Origin: Octopus vulgaris
Lineage: Eukaryota
DNA: 64,000 nucleotides
Assembly (NCBI GenBank): GCA_951406725.2
Contig: OX597825.1
Location: 28,954,001 to 29,018,000 of the forward strand
Direction: 5' to 3'
In this document: piece after piece, positions 15,066 through 29,400 of the stretch
Layout: every line of letters starts with the position of its first letter
Numbering within the stretch: position 1 is the first letter of the stretch
Translations under genes and position numbers: made by a program
The notes under the pieces: generated by a model
Database searches by the model: none
What the model saw: the letters and a program-made list of their open reading frames with translations, nothing else
Told to the model about the DNA's origin: nothing

Positions 15066-16746
15066 CAGACAGACAGGGGGAGAAACAGAGAGAGTAATAT
15101 TTTGGCTGAGAGACTAAATGAAAAAGAAGGAGAGTGTGACAGAAGGGTATTTTAAATATAGACTAAGTCGTAGAAAAGCTACAGGCCATTACGAAAGCAG
15201 AAAGTGACCCTATGAAAATATACATACAAAAAGGGAAACGAAAACAATATATGTATGTTCATAGAGAGAAGGAAGTATTTAGCAAGAGTGAATGTGTGGA
15301 AAATATTATTTTTTAGTAGAGGCATAAATTCAAAAAACAAGGAGGCGAAGAGGAACAGAATTAACATAGTGGAATAAAGATAAATAAAACAATACCGAAA
15401 ATGTTTTACATTATCCCGCTTAACGCTGCGACACCGGAAGTGGATGCCATTGTTATAATATTAAGGCAACACCAGACCATTGGAGAGAATTCCTTGAATG
15501 ATAATTGTGCTCTGTTTGTAGGGATATTACATTCTCATCCATCTAATGCTATGTAAACCGTATTAAAGCGTTGACTGTATTGAACTTTGTGATTTCTGAA
15601 AGAGGATTAGCTGTGATTTATACAAAATAAGACAATAAATAAGCGAATTCAACATTTGGCCTTGTATCATAGCTAACAGATATCGTTAATAATAAATCGA
15701 GCATATTTTAATTTTGGGTTTCGATTTAAACTGAATAGATTTCCATTGTGGATTTCGTTTGGTATTTCCAGAAATTTCGATCATTAAAATTATCAGACAT
15801 TTTAAAATCTATATTCGTTTTGTTCTTTTGAAATATATAAGTGAATCAATAAATAAAACCTTGCAAATTCTCCGAGATAAGTTGGAATTCTGTTACACAT
15901 ATCTACAAAACTCACACATTTCTGATTCTCTGTTGCTCTCTTTCTTTCCCTCTATCTCAGCGTGTGTGTTTGTGTGCATATATGTGTGTGTATTTGCATA
16001 TGTGTGTGTGTATGTGCATATCTGTGTATATGTGCATATGTGTGTGTACATATATGTGTGTGTGTATGTGTAATTATTATATTTATATATATGATACATA
16101 CATCAAGAGAACCATAGTATATATCAGCTATGCATTATACACATATGACTGTGTATAGAATTTCTTGTCTGTGTTTGTGTGTGTAAATATGTATTAATAT
16201 CTATGTGTTTAATTGTAAGTGTTTGTGTATGTATGTGTGTATGCGTGTGGGTTTTATTAAATTGTAGATAAATCTTCAAAAGATGCGAAAATATATGAAA
16301 AGGAAAAATACAGAGCATTGAAGAAAAACGATATAAAATACGGAAAAATATATTGATAACTAATTAGAAGTATAGTCTTGAGTTAATTAGTAAAAAAAAA
16401 AAACTAAATCATAATCATTAAAAAGACCCATCGGATATTGAACCTAAATAGTTTATTAATGTAACATTCCTTTCTCCCCTTTTGTTCTTGCTTGTTTGTG
16501 TTATTCACGCAGCATAGTAGAGAACAAAATGATGAAATGTTTTTTTTTATCTATCGTATGTATAAGCAAATACATATACAATGGTATGTATAAGTAAATA
16601 TATGTATACATACATATATATAATCGCTGACTAATTCGTTAGCATGAAGCTATTGGTAATAGATTATTAACTTAAATTCCATTAAAAAGTGTCTATGTAT
16701 GTTTTTATGCAGAGGCTTCCAATTCGCATTCACGTGTTCTCATATT

Positions 16747-17307
16747 TTAGTTAGTTAGTTAGTTAGTTAGTTAATTTTTTGGCTCAAAAAGCAAAAAGCA
16801 AGGCCATGCAGGGGGACATGGAGTTATGTACAGGGTGGTATTCAGGTAAAGAGTTCAGGCCACTTGTGGTCAAGGGAGACTTTGAACCGAGCGGTCGTCG
16901 GCATCTTCACCATCTCGTCCGGCAGCTTATTCCACGGATCCGCAACCCGGACGGAGAAAGCCCCTCTCCTTCGATTGAGATGAAATCGTCACAGATAGAG
17001 CTTTTCGGAATGACCCCGCAGCCGACGCCCTGGAGCAGGAGTGAAGAACAGCTCTTTCGAGAGGTTACACTTTCCGCTTATGATGTTGTGAGCAAGAATG
17101 AGATCACCACGGCGTCGTCGTTTTTCTAGAGAATAAAGGTCGAGCGTCTACAGCCTTTCTTCATAAGACAAATTCTTGAGACCAAGAACCATGCGGGTAG
17201 CCAGCTTCTGGACTCTTTCGAGAAGCTGTATGTCTTTGAGAAGATAAGGAGAAGAGGCTTGAGTCCCGTACTCCAATATGGGTCACACAAGCGTGACATA
17301 GAGCAGT
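16747..17307 (-). mobile_element. 5'-truncated CR1-clade LINE with (CTAA)n tail
   Basis: Minus-strand translation PILEYG...LERVQKLATRMV...LYSLEKRRRRGDLI...RLRGHSEKL...FSVRVADPWNKLP, with in-frame stops. ORF stop at 16842. Confidence 0.9.
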
Positions 17308-17344
17308 ATTTTGTTTCCTTCGTGCGTTTTCTGATGTATAGAAT

Positions 17345-17530
17345 TTAAGGGGAAGGACAAGTTGATTACCTCGGACATAATACTTCGTTGGTACATTATT
17401 TTATCGACTCCGAAAGAACGGCAGGCAAAGCTGATTTCAGCGGTATTCGAACTCAGAACGTAAAGAGCCGTAAGAACTGCTACTAAGCATTTTGTCTGAC
17501 GCGTTAAGGATTCTGCCAGCTGGCTGCCTA
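17345..17530 (-). mobile_element. SINE family C
   Basis: Matches the full copy at 19347-19566. Confidence 0.8.
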
Positions 17531-17679
17531 ATAATAGGTCTCAAATTTTGGCTTATTTTATTTTATCGACACCGAAAGGATGAAATGCAAAGTCTCTCGG
17601 CGCAATTTGAACTGGGAATATAAAGGCGGACGAAATACTGCTAAGCATTTTACCCACGCCGCATTAAGGATTTGCTGCC

Positions 17680-17680
<1 letters not shown>
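17531..17680 (-). mobile_element. SINE family C, internally deleted
   Basis: TTTTATCGACACCGAAAGGATGAAATGCAAAGTC...AAGCATTTT shared with the other C copies. Confidence 0.8.
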
Positions 17681-17729
<49 letters not shown>

Positions 17730-17734
17730 GTAAT

Positions 17735-18155
17735 AAGCATCCCCTGTGATCATAATATCTCGGCGAAAGAGTTTGACAAGCTTAGAAAATATAAAGACCT
17801 GCTCATTGAAATTGAGAAAATGTGCCATCTCAAGGCGATTACAATACCAGTGATCGTAGGAGCACTAGGAATGATCAAGAAGGGAACCGAAAATTATATG
17901 AGAATGATCCCTGGCTTACCATCCGTGCAAGAAGTGCAAAAGATTGTCTTAACTGGTACATCACACGTATTGAGAAGAGCATTGTCGATGTGAGAACTAT
18001 TACTACCCATGTATTTTAATTTAACTTTAAAAAAAATTAACGAACTAGTGAGTTTAGTTTAATGGCCTACCAATGTATACTATGAGTTTCCTTGCCCTAG
18101 GAGTCGGGAAGACAGTCGGCAAGAAATGGAAGCAAATTTGAAAGAAGAAAAAAAG

Positions 18156-18156
<1 letters not shown>
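17735..18156 (+). mobile_element. 5'-truncated R4/Dong-clade (RLE) LINE within (TAA)n
   Basis: SIPCDHNISAKEFDKLRKYKDL...IPVIVGALG matches the restriction-like endonuclease C-terminus (K..KY..L, VGALG). Stop at 17993; (TAA)n on both sides. Confidence 0.85.
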
Positions 18157-18195
<39 letters not shown>

Positions 18196-18202
<7 letters not shown>

Positions 18203-18315
18203 CCTTTCTACTAAAGGTACAAGGTCTGAAATTTCGGGTAGGGGATAGTCGCTCCCAGCGTTTCACTGGTACTTAATTCATCCCCGAAAGGATGAAAGGC
18301 AAAGTCAACTTTGGC
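18196..18315 (-). mobile_element. SINE family C, 3' half with (TTA)n tail
   Basis: AATCCTTTCTACT...CCCCGAAAGGATGAAAGGCAAAGTC. Confidence 0.8.
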
Positions 18316-18952
18316 AATAATAATAATAACGACGACGACGACGACGACGACGACAATAACAACAACAATAATATCAGCTTCCACTAATATTTTCTCCTAT
18401 GCAATGTGTCAGATCATGTTTCACTGTCGTATTTGCCTTCACCATGGACAGCTTTTATCGATCAGACCTATGGTGCGGCCTTGCCTTTATCTTTATTCCA
18501 AGGAATATATCAGTCGATGTGGCTGCCCTTTATTCTAAAAGCATTATGACATATTAGAGGAAATTTCGCTACTATTTCTTGTATGTCGGATGACAAAGTA
18601 GAGGATGTCTCATCATCTGATTTAGTTAAAGTTTGTAGTCATTTTGTATAGAATTGTCAGCACTCTACTTAACTGAGTTATGTTGAAAATATCAGATGCT
18701 GCAGGAAATAAGTCTTACTATACAAATTGCACATTAAATCACCTGGAGCATTCAGAATATTTGAAAGGTGAGGAATCTAGTTCCATCTGTCAGTAATTGC
18801 ATATTTTATATCTATTTTTATACCCTCTAAACTATGTAGAATGCAAACGATTTGAAGCCAAAAATACAACTGGTTAAAACAAAAAAAAAAGAACACCCTA
18901 TTTTATATAACAGTAAAAATGTAATTTAAATAAAGAAAGAATAAGCATATTC

Positions 18953-19335
18953 AGGCTCAGGCGTAGCTGTGTGGTAAGAAGCTTGCTTTCCAACCACATG
19001 GTTCTGGGTTCAGTCCCACCGCGTGGTACCTTGGACAAGTGTCTTCTACAATAGCCTCAGGCCGAACAAGGCCTTGTGAGTCGATTTGGTTGACGGAAAC
19101 TGAAAGAAGCCTGTCGTATATATGTATGTGTTTGTGTTTGACCCCCACACCATCACTTGACAACTGACGGTGGTATGTTTACTTTCCCGCAACTTAGCGG
19201 TTCGACAAAAAGAGAACGATATAAGTGTTAAACTTCCAAGGAATAAGTCCTGGGGGTTGATTTGCTCGACTAAAGGCGGTGCTCCAGGATGGCCGCAGTC
19301 ATATGACTGAAACAAGTAAAAGAATAAAAGAATAA
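18953..19335 (+). mobile_element. SINE family A, full length
   Basis: tRNA-like head (TAGCTGTGTGG, GGTTCAGTCCC), short internal TA/TG tract, tail CAGTCA-TA-TGACTG plus (AAAAGAAT)n. Confidence 0.9.
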
Positions 19336-19346
19336 GTAGCAAGAAG

Positions 19347-19566
19347 AATAATCTTTCCTACTCTAGGCGCAAGGCCCAAAATGTTTGGTGAAGGGCCCAG
19401 TCGATTAGATCGACCCCAGTACGCAACTGGTACTTAATTTACCGACCCCGAAAGGATGAAAGGCAAAGTCGACCTCGGCAGGATTTGAACTCAGAACGTA
19501 AAGACAGACGAAAAGCCGGTAAACTTTTCGCCCGGCATGCTAACAATTCTGCCAGCTCGCTGCCTT
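19347..19566 (-). mobile_element. SINE family C, full length
   Basis: Minus strand GGCAGCGAGCTGGCAGAATTG (A box), GAGTTCAAATCC (B box), central GCCTTTCATCCTTTCGGGGTCGGTAAA...GTACCAG, ATT tail. Confidence 0.9.
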
Positions 19567-19577
19567 ATATATCAAGA

Positions 19578-19722
19578 ATAATAATATTGGCTTCGAATTT
19601 TGCACAAGGCCAGCAATTGTGGGAGAGGGTGCAGGTCGATTACATTGACTCAGGGCTCAACTGGTATTTAATTTATTGATTCCGAAAGGATAAAAGGCAA
19701 TGTCGAGTCCAAACGTAAAGAT
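19578..19722 (-). mobile_element. SINE family C, partial
   Basis: GTCGATTACATTGAC...CCGAAAGGATAAAAGGCAA. Confidence 0.75.
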
Positions 19723-19833
19723 TTATCACGTAACACCTACACGCACGCTCAAACGCACACACACAAGCATGTATGTATATGTGTGTCTTTGTTTGTAACT
19801 TTGTATGTTTGCATGCATAAATGTGTATATGTA

Positions 19834-20068
19834 CAGGGTAGCCCCAAAAGTAGGTTTACAGTTATCACGTATGCACTTTAAATTTCTTTTAAAACATTTT
19901 ATTACATTTAAATTTTTATCTGACAAACTGAAAAGGGAGTTTGACAAAATTAACTAAATTAGCATAGAATAATGGTTTCATACTTTTTATAATTAAGATC
20001 TAAATCGTTAATATATAAATGCGAAACAGATAGCTGAATAACTGTAAACCTACTTTTGGGCCACCCTG
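19834..20068. mobile_element. Tc1/mariner-type MITE
   Basis: ~31-bp TIRs CAGGGT(A/G)GCCC(C)AAAAGTAGGTTTACAGTTAT; TA target duplication on both sides. Confidence 0.92.
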
Positions 20069-20124
20069 TATATGTGTATATTTGCATCGTTTTAACACTC
20101 CCGACTTCAAAAGCTACTTATAAG

Positions 20125-20268
20125 TAATCCTTTCTACTACCGTTGAAAACCCTAGAATTTTAGTGAGAGGGGTCTAGTCGATCATATTGACCCCAGTGCT
20201 CAAATGTTACTTACTTTATCGATCCTGAAAAGATAAGAGTTAGAGTCAACCCCGTCAGAATTTAACCT
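20125..20268 (-). mobile_element. SINE family C, 3' part
   Basis: AATCCTTTCTACT...TGACCCCAGTGCTCAA...TTTATCGA. Confidence 0.7.
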
Positions 20269-20388
20269 ATGAAGAATAAAAGCAATAATATTAAAAATTA
20301 TTCAATGTGCAAATTAATTTCAATTTAATAACAGGAAGAAATGTTTGACGTGATACTAGCCACAAGTTAATTTAATGAATGAAAACAA

Positions 20389-20552
20389 GGGTGCAGGAGT
20401 GGCTGTGTGGTAAGCAGCTTGCTTACCAACAACGTGGTTCTGGGTTCAGTCCCACTGCGTGCCACCTTGGGCAAGTGTATTCTACTATAGCCTCAGGCCG
20501 ATCAAAGCCTTGCGAGTGGATTTGGTAGACGGAAACTGAAAGAAGCCTGTCG

Positions 20553-20633
<81 letters not shown>

Positions 20634-20848
20634 ATGTGTGTTTGTGTGTCTGTGTTTGTCTCCCCAACATCACTTGACAACAGATTCTGGTGTGTTTACA
20701 TCCCCGTAACTTAGCGGTTCGGCAAAAAGAGACCGATAGAATAAGTACTAGGCTTACAAAGAATAAGTCCTGGGGTCGATTTGCTCTACTAAAGGCGGTG
20801 CTCCAGCATGGCCGCAGTCAAATGACTGAAAGAAGTAGAAGAGTAAAG
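20389..20848 (+). mobile_element. SINE family A, full length with expanded internal (TA)n(TG)n
   Basis: Highly similar to 26167-26626. Confidence 0.92.
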
Positions 20849-21784
20849 GATAACATTTATTTGTAATATTTTGTGAACGCTATGAATGTATTTTTACTTT
20901 ATTTTACTTTATTTTACGGACACTATTATCTGTGTTATCAGAAATAAAATGTTTTTGCTGCTCTGTTCACGTATAATTTGTTCACATATAAACCGTGAAC
21001 CTATTTCAGTTGAGTATTTTTTTATCGTTGTTATTTTAAAACTTTTAATAGCTAATTTCGTGTTTCATATAATCTGTAGCCGGGACAGCATTTGACGTGT
21101 TATTTGTTGCAGGATACATAATTGATATTCAAATAATATGCAAATAAATGAATGAATGAATGAATAAATAAATAAAATACAAAAAAAAAAGAATCGGAAA
21201 AGAAACCATCTTGAAAGATTTTTAGGAAGAAGTATATATTTATATTTTTTTGTTCAGAAAATAATTGATTAAAAAAAATAATAATAATCTTCTTAGCTAG
21301 GTATCAAAGGTGACACTAAAGCAATCAATCAAATAAGCTATATATATATATATATATATATAAACAATTATTATATACGAGGGTTTTGGTAGTTTAATAA
21401 TCTATGAGTAATTTTAAGGAGTGAACAAAGAATCGTTTCCCTTCTTCGTTTTGTATTCATTTTATAGAACATTTCATCGTTGCACTTGAGTAGTGAATTG
21501 TGTCGGACTTTTCATAGGAAGAATTATCATTCAATGCCACTTGAGAGTTTATCAATTACCCGCAGATCAGCGACAAGAAGACTCGTAAGCAAAGTAGAAT
21601 TTATTCTTGTTTAAACGATTTCATAAGGACTTATATTTCTTACATTTTGTTATTTTTTATTGAGGGATAGCACCCTTGACATTTTATTTTTCATACTCAT
21701 TGAGTTGGAATAGATTGGGAAATTAAGATTCATCCTCAAATAGAAGAACGGGACTAAATTGGACTTGCGACAGTGTGGACACCT

Positions 21785-21986
21785 TTAAACCTGAAGCATT
21801 CACATTACTCTTTCAAAGGTAATGTTTATTTATTTATTCGTAGCTTTGAGATTTTAATGATGTGATTGTCTATTTTTAGAATGACATTGTAGGGTTAGTG
21901 TGCGAGGCCTGATCTGTCCAGTTTGAACATAGAACAGGAAAAATATTTGAGCTTGATATGGCTGGTATAAATATTAAAGACATAAA
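21785..21986. mobile_element. Degenerate piggyBac-like MITE
   Basis: Ends resemble TTAA-CCC...AGCATT and AATxxTAAAG...TAA; heavily decayed. Confidence 0.35.
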
Positions 21987-22313
21987 GGCACTGAAAGCTT
22001 AATCAGTCTTAACTGGAATATGGATTAATTCTGCTACATTGGAAAATAGAATACGAAGGGATGGGAAAATACCTGCAAAGCATCTTGTCCGTGGTTCTAA
22101 CAGTACTTCGATACACTGTTATAAAATGGTGATTTAGTTATCGATTCCTGACAGTATGAATGTCAAAGCTAGCATCGGCAAGATTTGAAATCAAAGTGCA
22201 AGGAGTCAGAATAAATATCGTAAAAGGTTTTGTCTCATGCTCTAATTGGTTCTGAAAATACGCTGATGGAAATGAAATGACACTTGAAGAAAATAAAAAA
22301 GACAGAAAGAAAG

Positions 22314-22391
<78 letters not shown>

Positions 22392-22602
22392 GTAGGTAGG
22401 TAGGTAGGTAGGTAGGTAGGTAGGAAGGTAGAGATAGAAAGAGAATGGTGATGTTGATAATAACGTATTGATAGGCTAACAGGTAAATAGACAGATACAA
22501 CAGAGATTGAAGGGTAAGCAATTTAGATATAAATTTCTCTCTTCCTCATTCTCTGTTAATGTATATGTATATATATACATATATAAATATATACATACAT
22601 AC

Positions 22603-22668
<66 letters not shown>

Positions 22669-22784
22669 CATATATATATATATACATATATATACATACA
22701 TATATACATGCACACATATATATATATATATATATATGTACATATATATATATATATACATATATATACATACATATATACATG

Positions 22785-22830
<46 letters not shown>

Positions 22831-23237
22831 TATATGTGTGTGTGTGTAAACATCGTGTGTATACATTGGAGGTCGCGTTTCTTTCAGGTGTAGTACGCTT
22901 ACGAATAAGTGTCAAAGTACTTAATATACACTTATATGATAAGAGTGTAGGTTTACAATCCATATTATAGGTTTATAGCTAAAGATTCACGAAGCCAACT
23001 TGCCTGGACAACTTCAGTGATTGCTAAACAAATTATTCTTTAGAAACAGCTAATGAATACAGTCGTCCAGACAATGCTGTCTGCGCACCGTTGGGTAATC
23101 AGTTTGAGTTCGTAAACCTATTATCACGTGAGCTTACAGCTCTACGTCAACACACAGGCGCGCCTCCTTCTCTTTCGCTGCTATTGTGTCTCTGTGTGCG
23201 AGTGTTTACACACACAAACACACACACATACACACAC

Positions 23238-23288
<51 letters not shown>

Positions 23289-23473
23289 TATATATATACA
23301 TATATGTGTGTGTGTGTGTATATATACACATACATACACACACAGAGACATAAATGCACACTTACATTGACATCTATCTATCCATCTATCTACATAAAGC
23401 CAATATATATGTATAGTGTATTGTAATTTTTGTGACTATGTATATATGTATAGTGTATTGTACTTTTGGGGAG

Positions 23474-23508
<35 letters not shown>

Positions 23509-23599
23509 GCGTGTATATATATAATATCTATATATATATATATACATTATTTGTTTATATGTACATTCATAGGTATGCATATATATATATATATATATG

Positions 23600-23645
<46 letters not shown>

Positions 23646-23692
23646 CTAGCGTAAGAGCGTCCATATAGTGGATTCTCTCTGATAGCTGTGTA

Positions 23693-23738
<46 letters not shown>

Positions 23739-23804
23739 TATTTGGTTATATGTACATTCATATGTATGCGCATATATATATATATATATATGTATATGTA
23801 TGTG

Positions 23805-23846
<42 letters not shown>

Positions 23847-24355
23847 CTTATACACACACATATACATTTATGCACACACACACACACACGCACTCACACA
23901 CACACATATACACATATATCTTATTTGGTGATATGATGATAATAATAAAAGTGTGAAAATATATTTTGCAATAAGCAGCGCTTTTCACTATTTACACTGT
24001 ATTATGATTAATTGGGTTGCTGCTGTTGTTGATGTTATCAATTTGTCTACGGTCGGCGAATTACATTGCTTATATTAATTAGCGCTCATGCAACAAACAC
24101 CAGACGCCTTTACCCGTACATCTTATTTACACTTAATTAATCTCTTCTTCTCATTCACCTTCCTCATTTCTCTCTCACCATTTGTATATATATATATTTA
24201 TATATAAATGTGTGTGTGTGTGTACAAATGGGTGTACAAATGTGAGAACGAAGCATAGCACATTACACGTTGCAGAGTTTATTTATTCGGTCTTTTCGCC
24301 TGAAGGATTGCACGTTCAATAATTACTTATATATATATACATATACATATATCTA

Positions 24356-24421
<66 letters not shown>

Positions 24422-24438
24422 CATATATATATATATAC

Positions 24439-24578
<140 letters not shown>

Positions 24579-24611
24579 TGTATGTAAATGTATGTATACA
24601 TGAATATATAG

Positions 24612-24648
<37 letters not shown>

Positions 24649-24851
24649 TGCATGCATATATGTATGTATGTATGTATGTATGTAGTGTGTTTATCCATGT
24701 CTATATTCTTTGAGATTACTAGTCTATTGATTGAATTTTACTTTCTGCTTCTTATATTTCTCTTCATATTTGATGAACGAACCAATTTAGTTATTTTACT
24801 TTCGACTTTTAACTTTCGATCTATCCACTTCTGATTCGCTTTGTTTATTCC

Positions 24852-24886
<35 letters not shown>

Positions 24887-26166
24887 TTCATTCATTTGTT
24901 CCTTTGTTCATTTATTTGTATGTTTTTGCATTCGTAGCATATAGTACCGAAAACCTACAAGTTCCTGTTATCATCCTGACGTACGTAGCTAATTCATTGT
25001 TTCAGCATCACAGTGAAAAATCTTTTGATATACAGATATAAAGATATCAGTATTTCTTGTACGCTTAATTGATCGAATAGCTAGAGCAGTGGATTGGGTC
25101 CAGCGTAGTATTCATACTGGCCCTCGATTCTCTGAGTTCAAACCTTACTGTCGTCAGTTTCTTCTTTTTGAGCCGATAAATAATATGTCAGCAAATACAA
25201 GTATCTTATTGTTGCTGTTCTTCTTTTTTCTCCTTCTTCATCAACCCCCCCTCTCTCTCACTCGCACATAAGCACATGCACTTTTGAGAAAATTTTAACT
25301 ATGTTCAGATTGACGTGATATAGCTCCACCAGATTTGGTGTGATCAAAGCACTCCATAACTCAAGTCGGCGCTTCTCCGAGTCTAATAGGAAATGAAGTC
25401 TATCACCACCACCACCACCACCACCACTTTCAAGAAGTAATTAGTATATACAAATAAGACCCACGCACATATACCATTTTGCCCTTCATCCAGCAACCAA
25501 GCTGTCCATTTACTCTTTTCAACTTCACTGGTCATTAAGTTTTAATTTTATATGACCTTTAGGTTTCAGTTATGAATAATAATTCATATTTACCATAAAT
25601 ACATTATTTTTCTCTTCCTCTTCCTTCCTCCCTTAACACCTATAAAGCCCTTTACATCTCCATAAATTCCGCAATGAAAGACCTTCACTACGACATTCGT
25701 CTCGGGAGAGAAATTCTCCTTATAGACAATATACATTATCTGGCAGGCAATATTTCTCTCTCGAGACAGTTTTCGCATTTCTACGTACACGAATGTACAT
25801 AGCGTAAATTTAATCACCGCTGCTTAATGTATCTTTAATTAATTAATTCCATAAATTAAAATTAGTACATGACTAATAACTGAATATATGCCGAGTTTAC
25901 TAGGTTCTCATAAAAGTAAATCGACATCCACCTTGATGGCATTTGTTGAAAATCTGCTTGTATTTATCAGTTAGGAAGGGAAGACAGTGACCATGGACCA
26001 TTCCGGGGTCTCTGCGACTGGCGAGAAGGATATATTCTCAAATCTGAGACTTTGGTCTGAATTCTTGCGAAACGGGTGAGTCTGAGGATTAAATTTATTC
26101 TTTTACCGAAGTAATTCATCGCAGAGCTTGAACTCAGAACACTGGAGGACAAAAAAAAAAAAAAAA

Positions 26167-26332
26167 AGGCGCAGGAGTGGCTGTGTGGTAAGTAGCTTGC
26201 TAACCAACCACATGGTTCCGGGTTCAGTCCCACTGCGTGGCATCTTGGGCGAGTGTCTTCTGCTATAGTCCCGGGCCGACCAATGCCTTGTGAGTGGATT
26301 TGGTAGACGGAAACTGAAAGAAGCCTGTCGTA

Positions 26333-26408
<76 letters not shown>

Positions 26409-26626
26409 TGTGTCTGTGTTTGTCCCTCTAGCATTGCTTGACAACCGATGCTGGTGTGTTTACGTCCCCGTCACTTAGCGGTTCGGCAAAAAGAGACCAA
26501 TAGAATAAGTACTGGGCTTACAAAGAATAAGTCCCGGGGTCGAGTTGCTCGATCAAAGGCGGTGCTCCAGCATGGCCGCAGTCAAATGACTGAAACAAGT
26601 AAAATAGTAAAAGAGTAAAAGAGTAA
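26167..26626 (+). mobile_element. SINE family A, full length
   Basis: GGCGCAGGAGTGGCTGTGTGGTAAG head, internal microsatellite, (GTAAAAGA)n tail. Confidence 0.93.
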
Positions 26627-26970
26627 AGAAAAAAAGAAAGACACGAAAGAAATGAAAGAAAGAAACTGAGAAAATAATATCATGGCTTCGGTATGAGATA
26701 TTACAATTCAGTCTATCTGCGGCACCGGGTACTTTTCTTTAGTATCGACGGCGAAAAAAGGGCGAAGTTGGCTAACGGTGAAATTTGTACGCTTAACGTT
26801 TCAAGTAGCAACATCCGATGTATTGTATTTATCTTCCAGTCTAACTAAAATCCCTTGGCCAATTTATCACCTGAAATACAAACTACCAAACCCTGTAGTC
26901 TTGATCGGTGCTTTAATAAAGCCCCCGAGGAGAGAAGCATCAAGTTAACCATATATATATAATAAACTAG

Positions 26971-27010
<40 letters not shown>

Positions 27011-27180
27011 CCTCGCATTCGCTGCAGCCAGCGCCGCCGTTGCCACCACGACCACCACGACCACCACCACCATTGAGTCATTTCGTTAGTGATTGAGTGT
27101 TGTTATTTAACTAAATAACTGTTGCACAAAAAGAAACAGAGGCAGGGAAAGAGAAGACACACCCATACATACATGAATAC

Positions 27181-27257
<77 letters not shown>

Positions 27258-27387
27258 CTTACATACATATATACGTACATACATACATACATACATATTC
27301 AAATATGAGTGTAGTCATACAGACACTCACACACACACACACACATATATATATGTATTCCGACCGATGTTAGCTTGAGGATTTTAA

Positions 27388-27430
<43 letters not shown>

Positions 27431-28042
27431 TACGTATTTGTGCGCGCGGTCAGAGTAGACTTCATATGAAACTCCTATCCCGATTGTAAGTTCGTTTTTA
27501 ATTCATCAAGCGTGGAGAAGTTATGCACCGGCATGAATATTGCGCGACTAGACATCTCATCGTTAAAATATCGAATTTCAAACTGCGATGGCACCATATT
27601 TGAAAGCGATATTAAAAAAAAAAAAAACCCAGAAATTATTAACGTTGTACCAATGTTCAGAGCAGCTCCAATATTTTAACAGTGATGTAAAGCTGTAGTA
27701 ACGAATATATATATTCTTTAGCACTTTACGCTTCAACAAATACAATATCAAGTACATTTCGTTTTAAAATATATTCCAAGGAAAAGAAGTGGTGTTAAAA
27801 GTTTTTCTGATCCCACACCTCAACATTGGTCAGATCGATAGAAATAATCCTACAGCTTATACTTTTCAAATCGGTGTCTGTGGAAAAGATGTATTTAGAG
27901 AGAGGAGGAGTAGAATTCTAGATGATACAGTGCTGAGTCTCACTCAATAGAAATTATGATAGCAAATCATTCGCGAAGATCAGATTCTCTGTCTTTAAGA
28001 AAGGAAGATATAAAATATAAGATATTTGTTTCTAACAAGACA

Positions 28043-28350
28043 AGGCGAAGGCGTGGCTGTGTGGCAAGAAGTTTGCTTCCTAGCCACTTGGCTCCGAGTT
28101 CAGTCCCACTGCGTGGCGGCTAGGGCGAGTGTCTTCTATTATAACACCGGATCAATGAAAGCATTGTAAGTGAATATGGTAACCGCAAACTGAAAGAAGT
28201 CCATCACATATATATATGCATGCATGTATGCATGTATGTATGTATGTATGTATATATGTATATGTGTGTGTGTGTCTCCTAATTACTAACGCTTGACAAC
28301 CAGTGTTATTTTGTTTATGTCCCAGTATGGCCGTAGTCTGAAAACTAAAA
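28043..28350 (+). mobile_element. SINE family A, older and internally deleted
   Basis: Head and tail motifs are recognisable with two deletions. Confidence 0.8.
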
Positions 28351-29211
28351 CAATAAAAAAATAAAAACAAGTTAAACATTATATATTTTGTAACTGAACA
28401 CATACATAGCTATAAAATGCCAAATTGGCACACAACCTTAGACTAGCACTCACATTAACACATGTGGGATCATAAATAGAAGGCTTTGAATTAGAGGTTC
28501 AATCAGCCTGAAGGATTTCCGCGCTGTTTCCGCCAACCTAATTACAACGGAAAGCTTTATGTTTGCCCGCGGCCATCATAAAGGTAACTTACTCAAAATG
28601 TCAAGGGTCTCCTAACTGCGAAGCGAGATTTTAGTGTTTTGATCACAAACAAACACATCTGTGATAGGATGCGATTTGAGGGCCTCTTGGTTTCTTATCG
28701 GTGACTTCTAAATACACAAGTATTCTAAATTTCAGAAATAGGAAACAATTTCTACAATAATAGAATAATAGGTAAGAACTAATCATATACGAATACAGAA
28801 CGATGAAGAAAATAACTACCTCTGTGGTTTTAAAAATCTTTATACACACTTATTCTTGGCAAGAATAATATTTTATTCCGCCTTCCTTCGCGGTTTTCAT
28901 CATTTATTTTACGTCAAGAATGTTCTGGAAGCTAACTAGTGCTAAAAACATAATAATTAATATTACATTTTAATTATCTTACTGATTTAAACACCTCATT
29001 AGTTATAGGAAATTACGTTATATATCATAGAGAATATCATAGAGCAGATGAATTGATTATAAATCATGAATAAATCATATGCTCTACGGAGTGTTACGAA
29101 TTTTTCTCGTTTATTTACTGCCAAACTGCCTAATCTGCCGCAGAAGCAGGTGCATCGTTATGGTGCCTGATACGTACACACACACATATACTACATAGAT
29201 ACATAATATAA

Positions 29212-29262
<51 letters not shown>

Positions 29263-29400
29263 TATATACATATATATATATATACATATACATATATGCA
29301 CATATATATATATATATACATACTTACATACATATACATGTATATATACATACATTCATCCATATTCATACACACGCAGATATATATGTATTTATATATA

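Noticed and set aside
16747-16773. (TTAG)n as an interstitial telomere
   Set aside because: It is not TTAGGG and lies exactly at the 3' end of the CR1 element as its tail.
16779-17129. 116-aa plus-strand ORF
   Set aside because: Antisense shadow of the CR1 ORF2 remnant.
18090-18112. Similarity between the R4/Dong 3' UTR and the family C tail at 19352-19375
   Set aside because: Short, not terminal in the LINE, and weaker against other C copies (e.g. 18203); probably chance.
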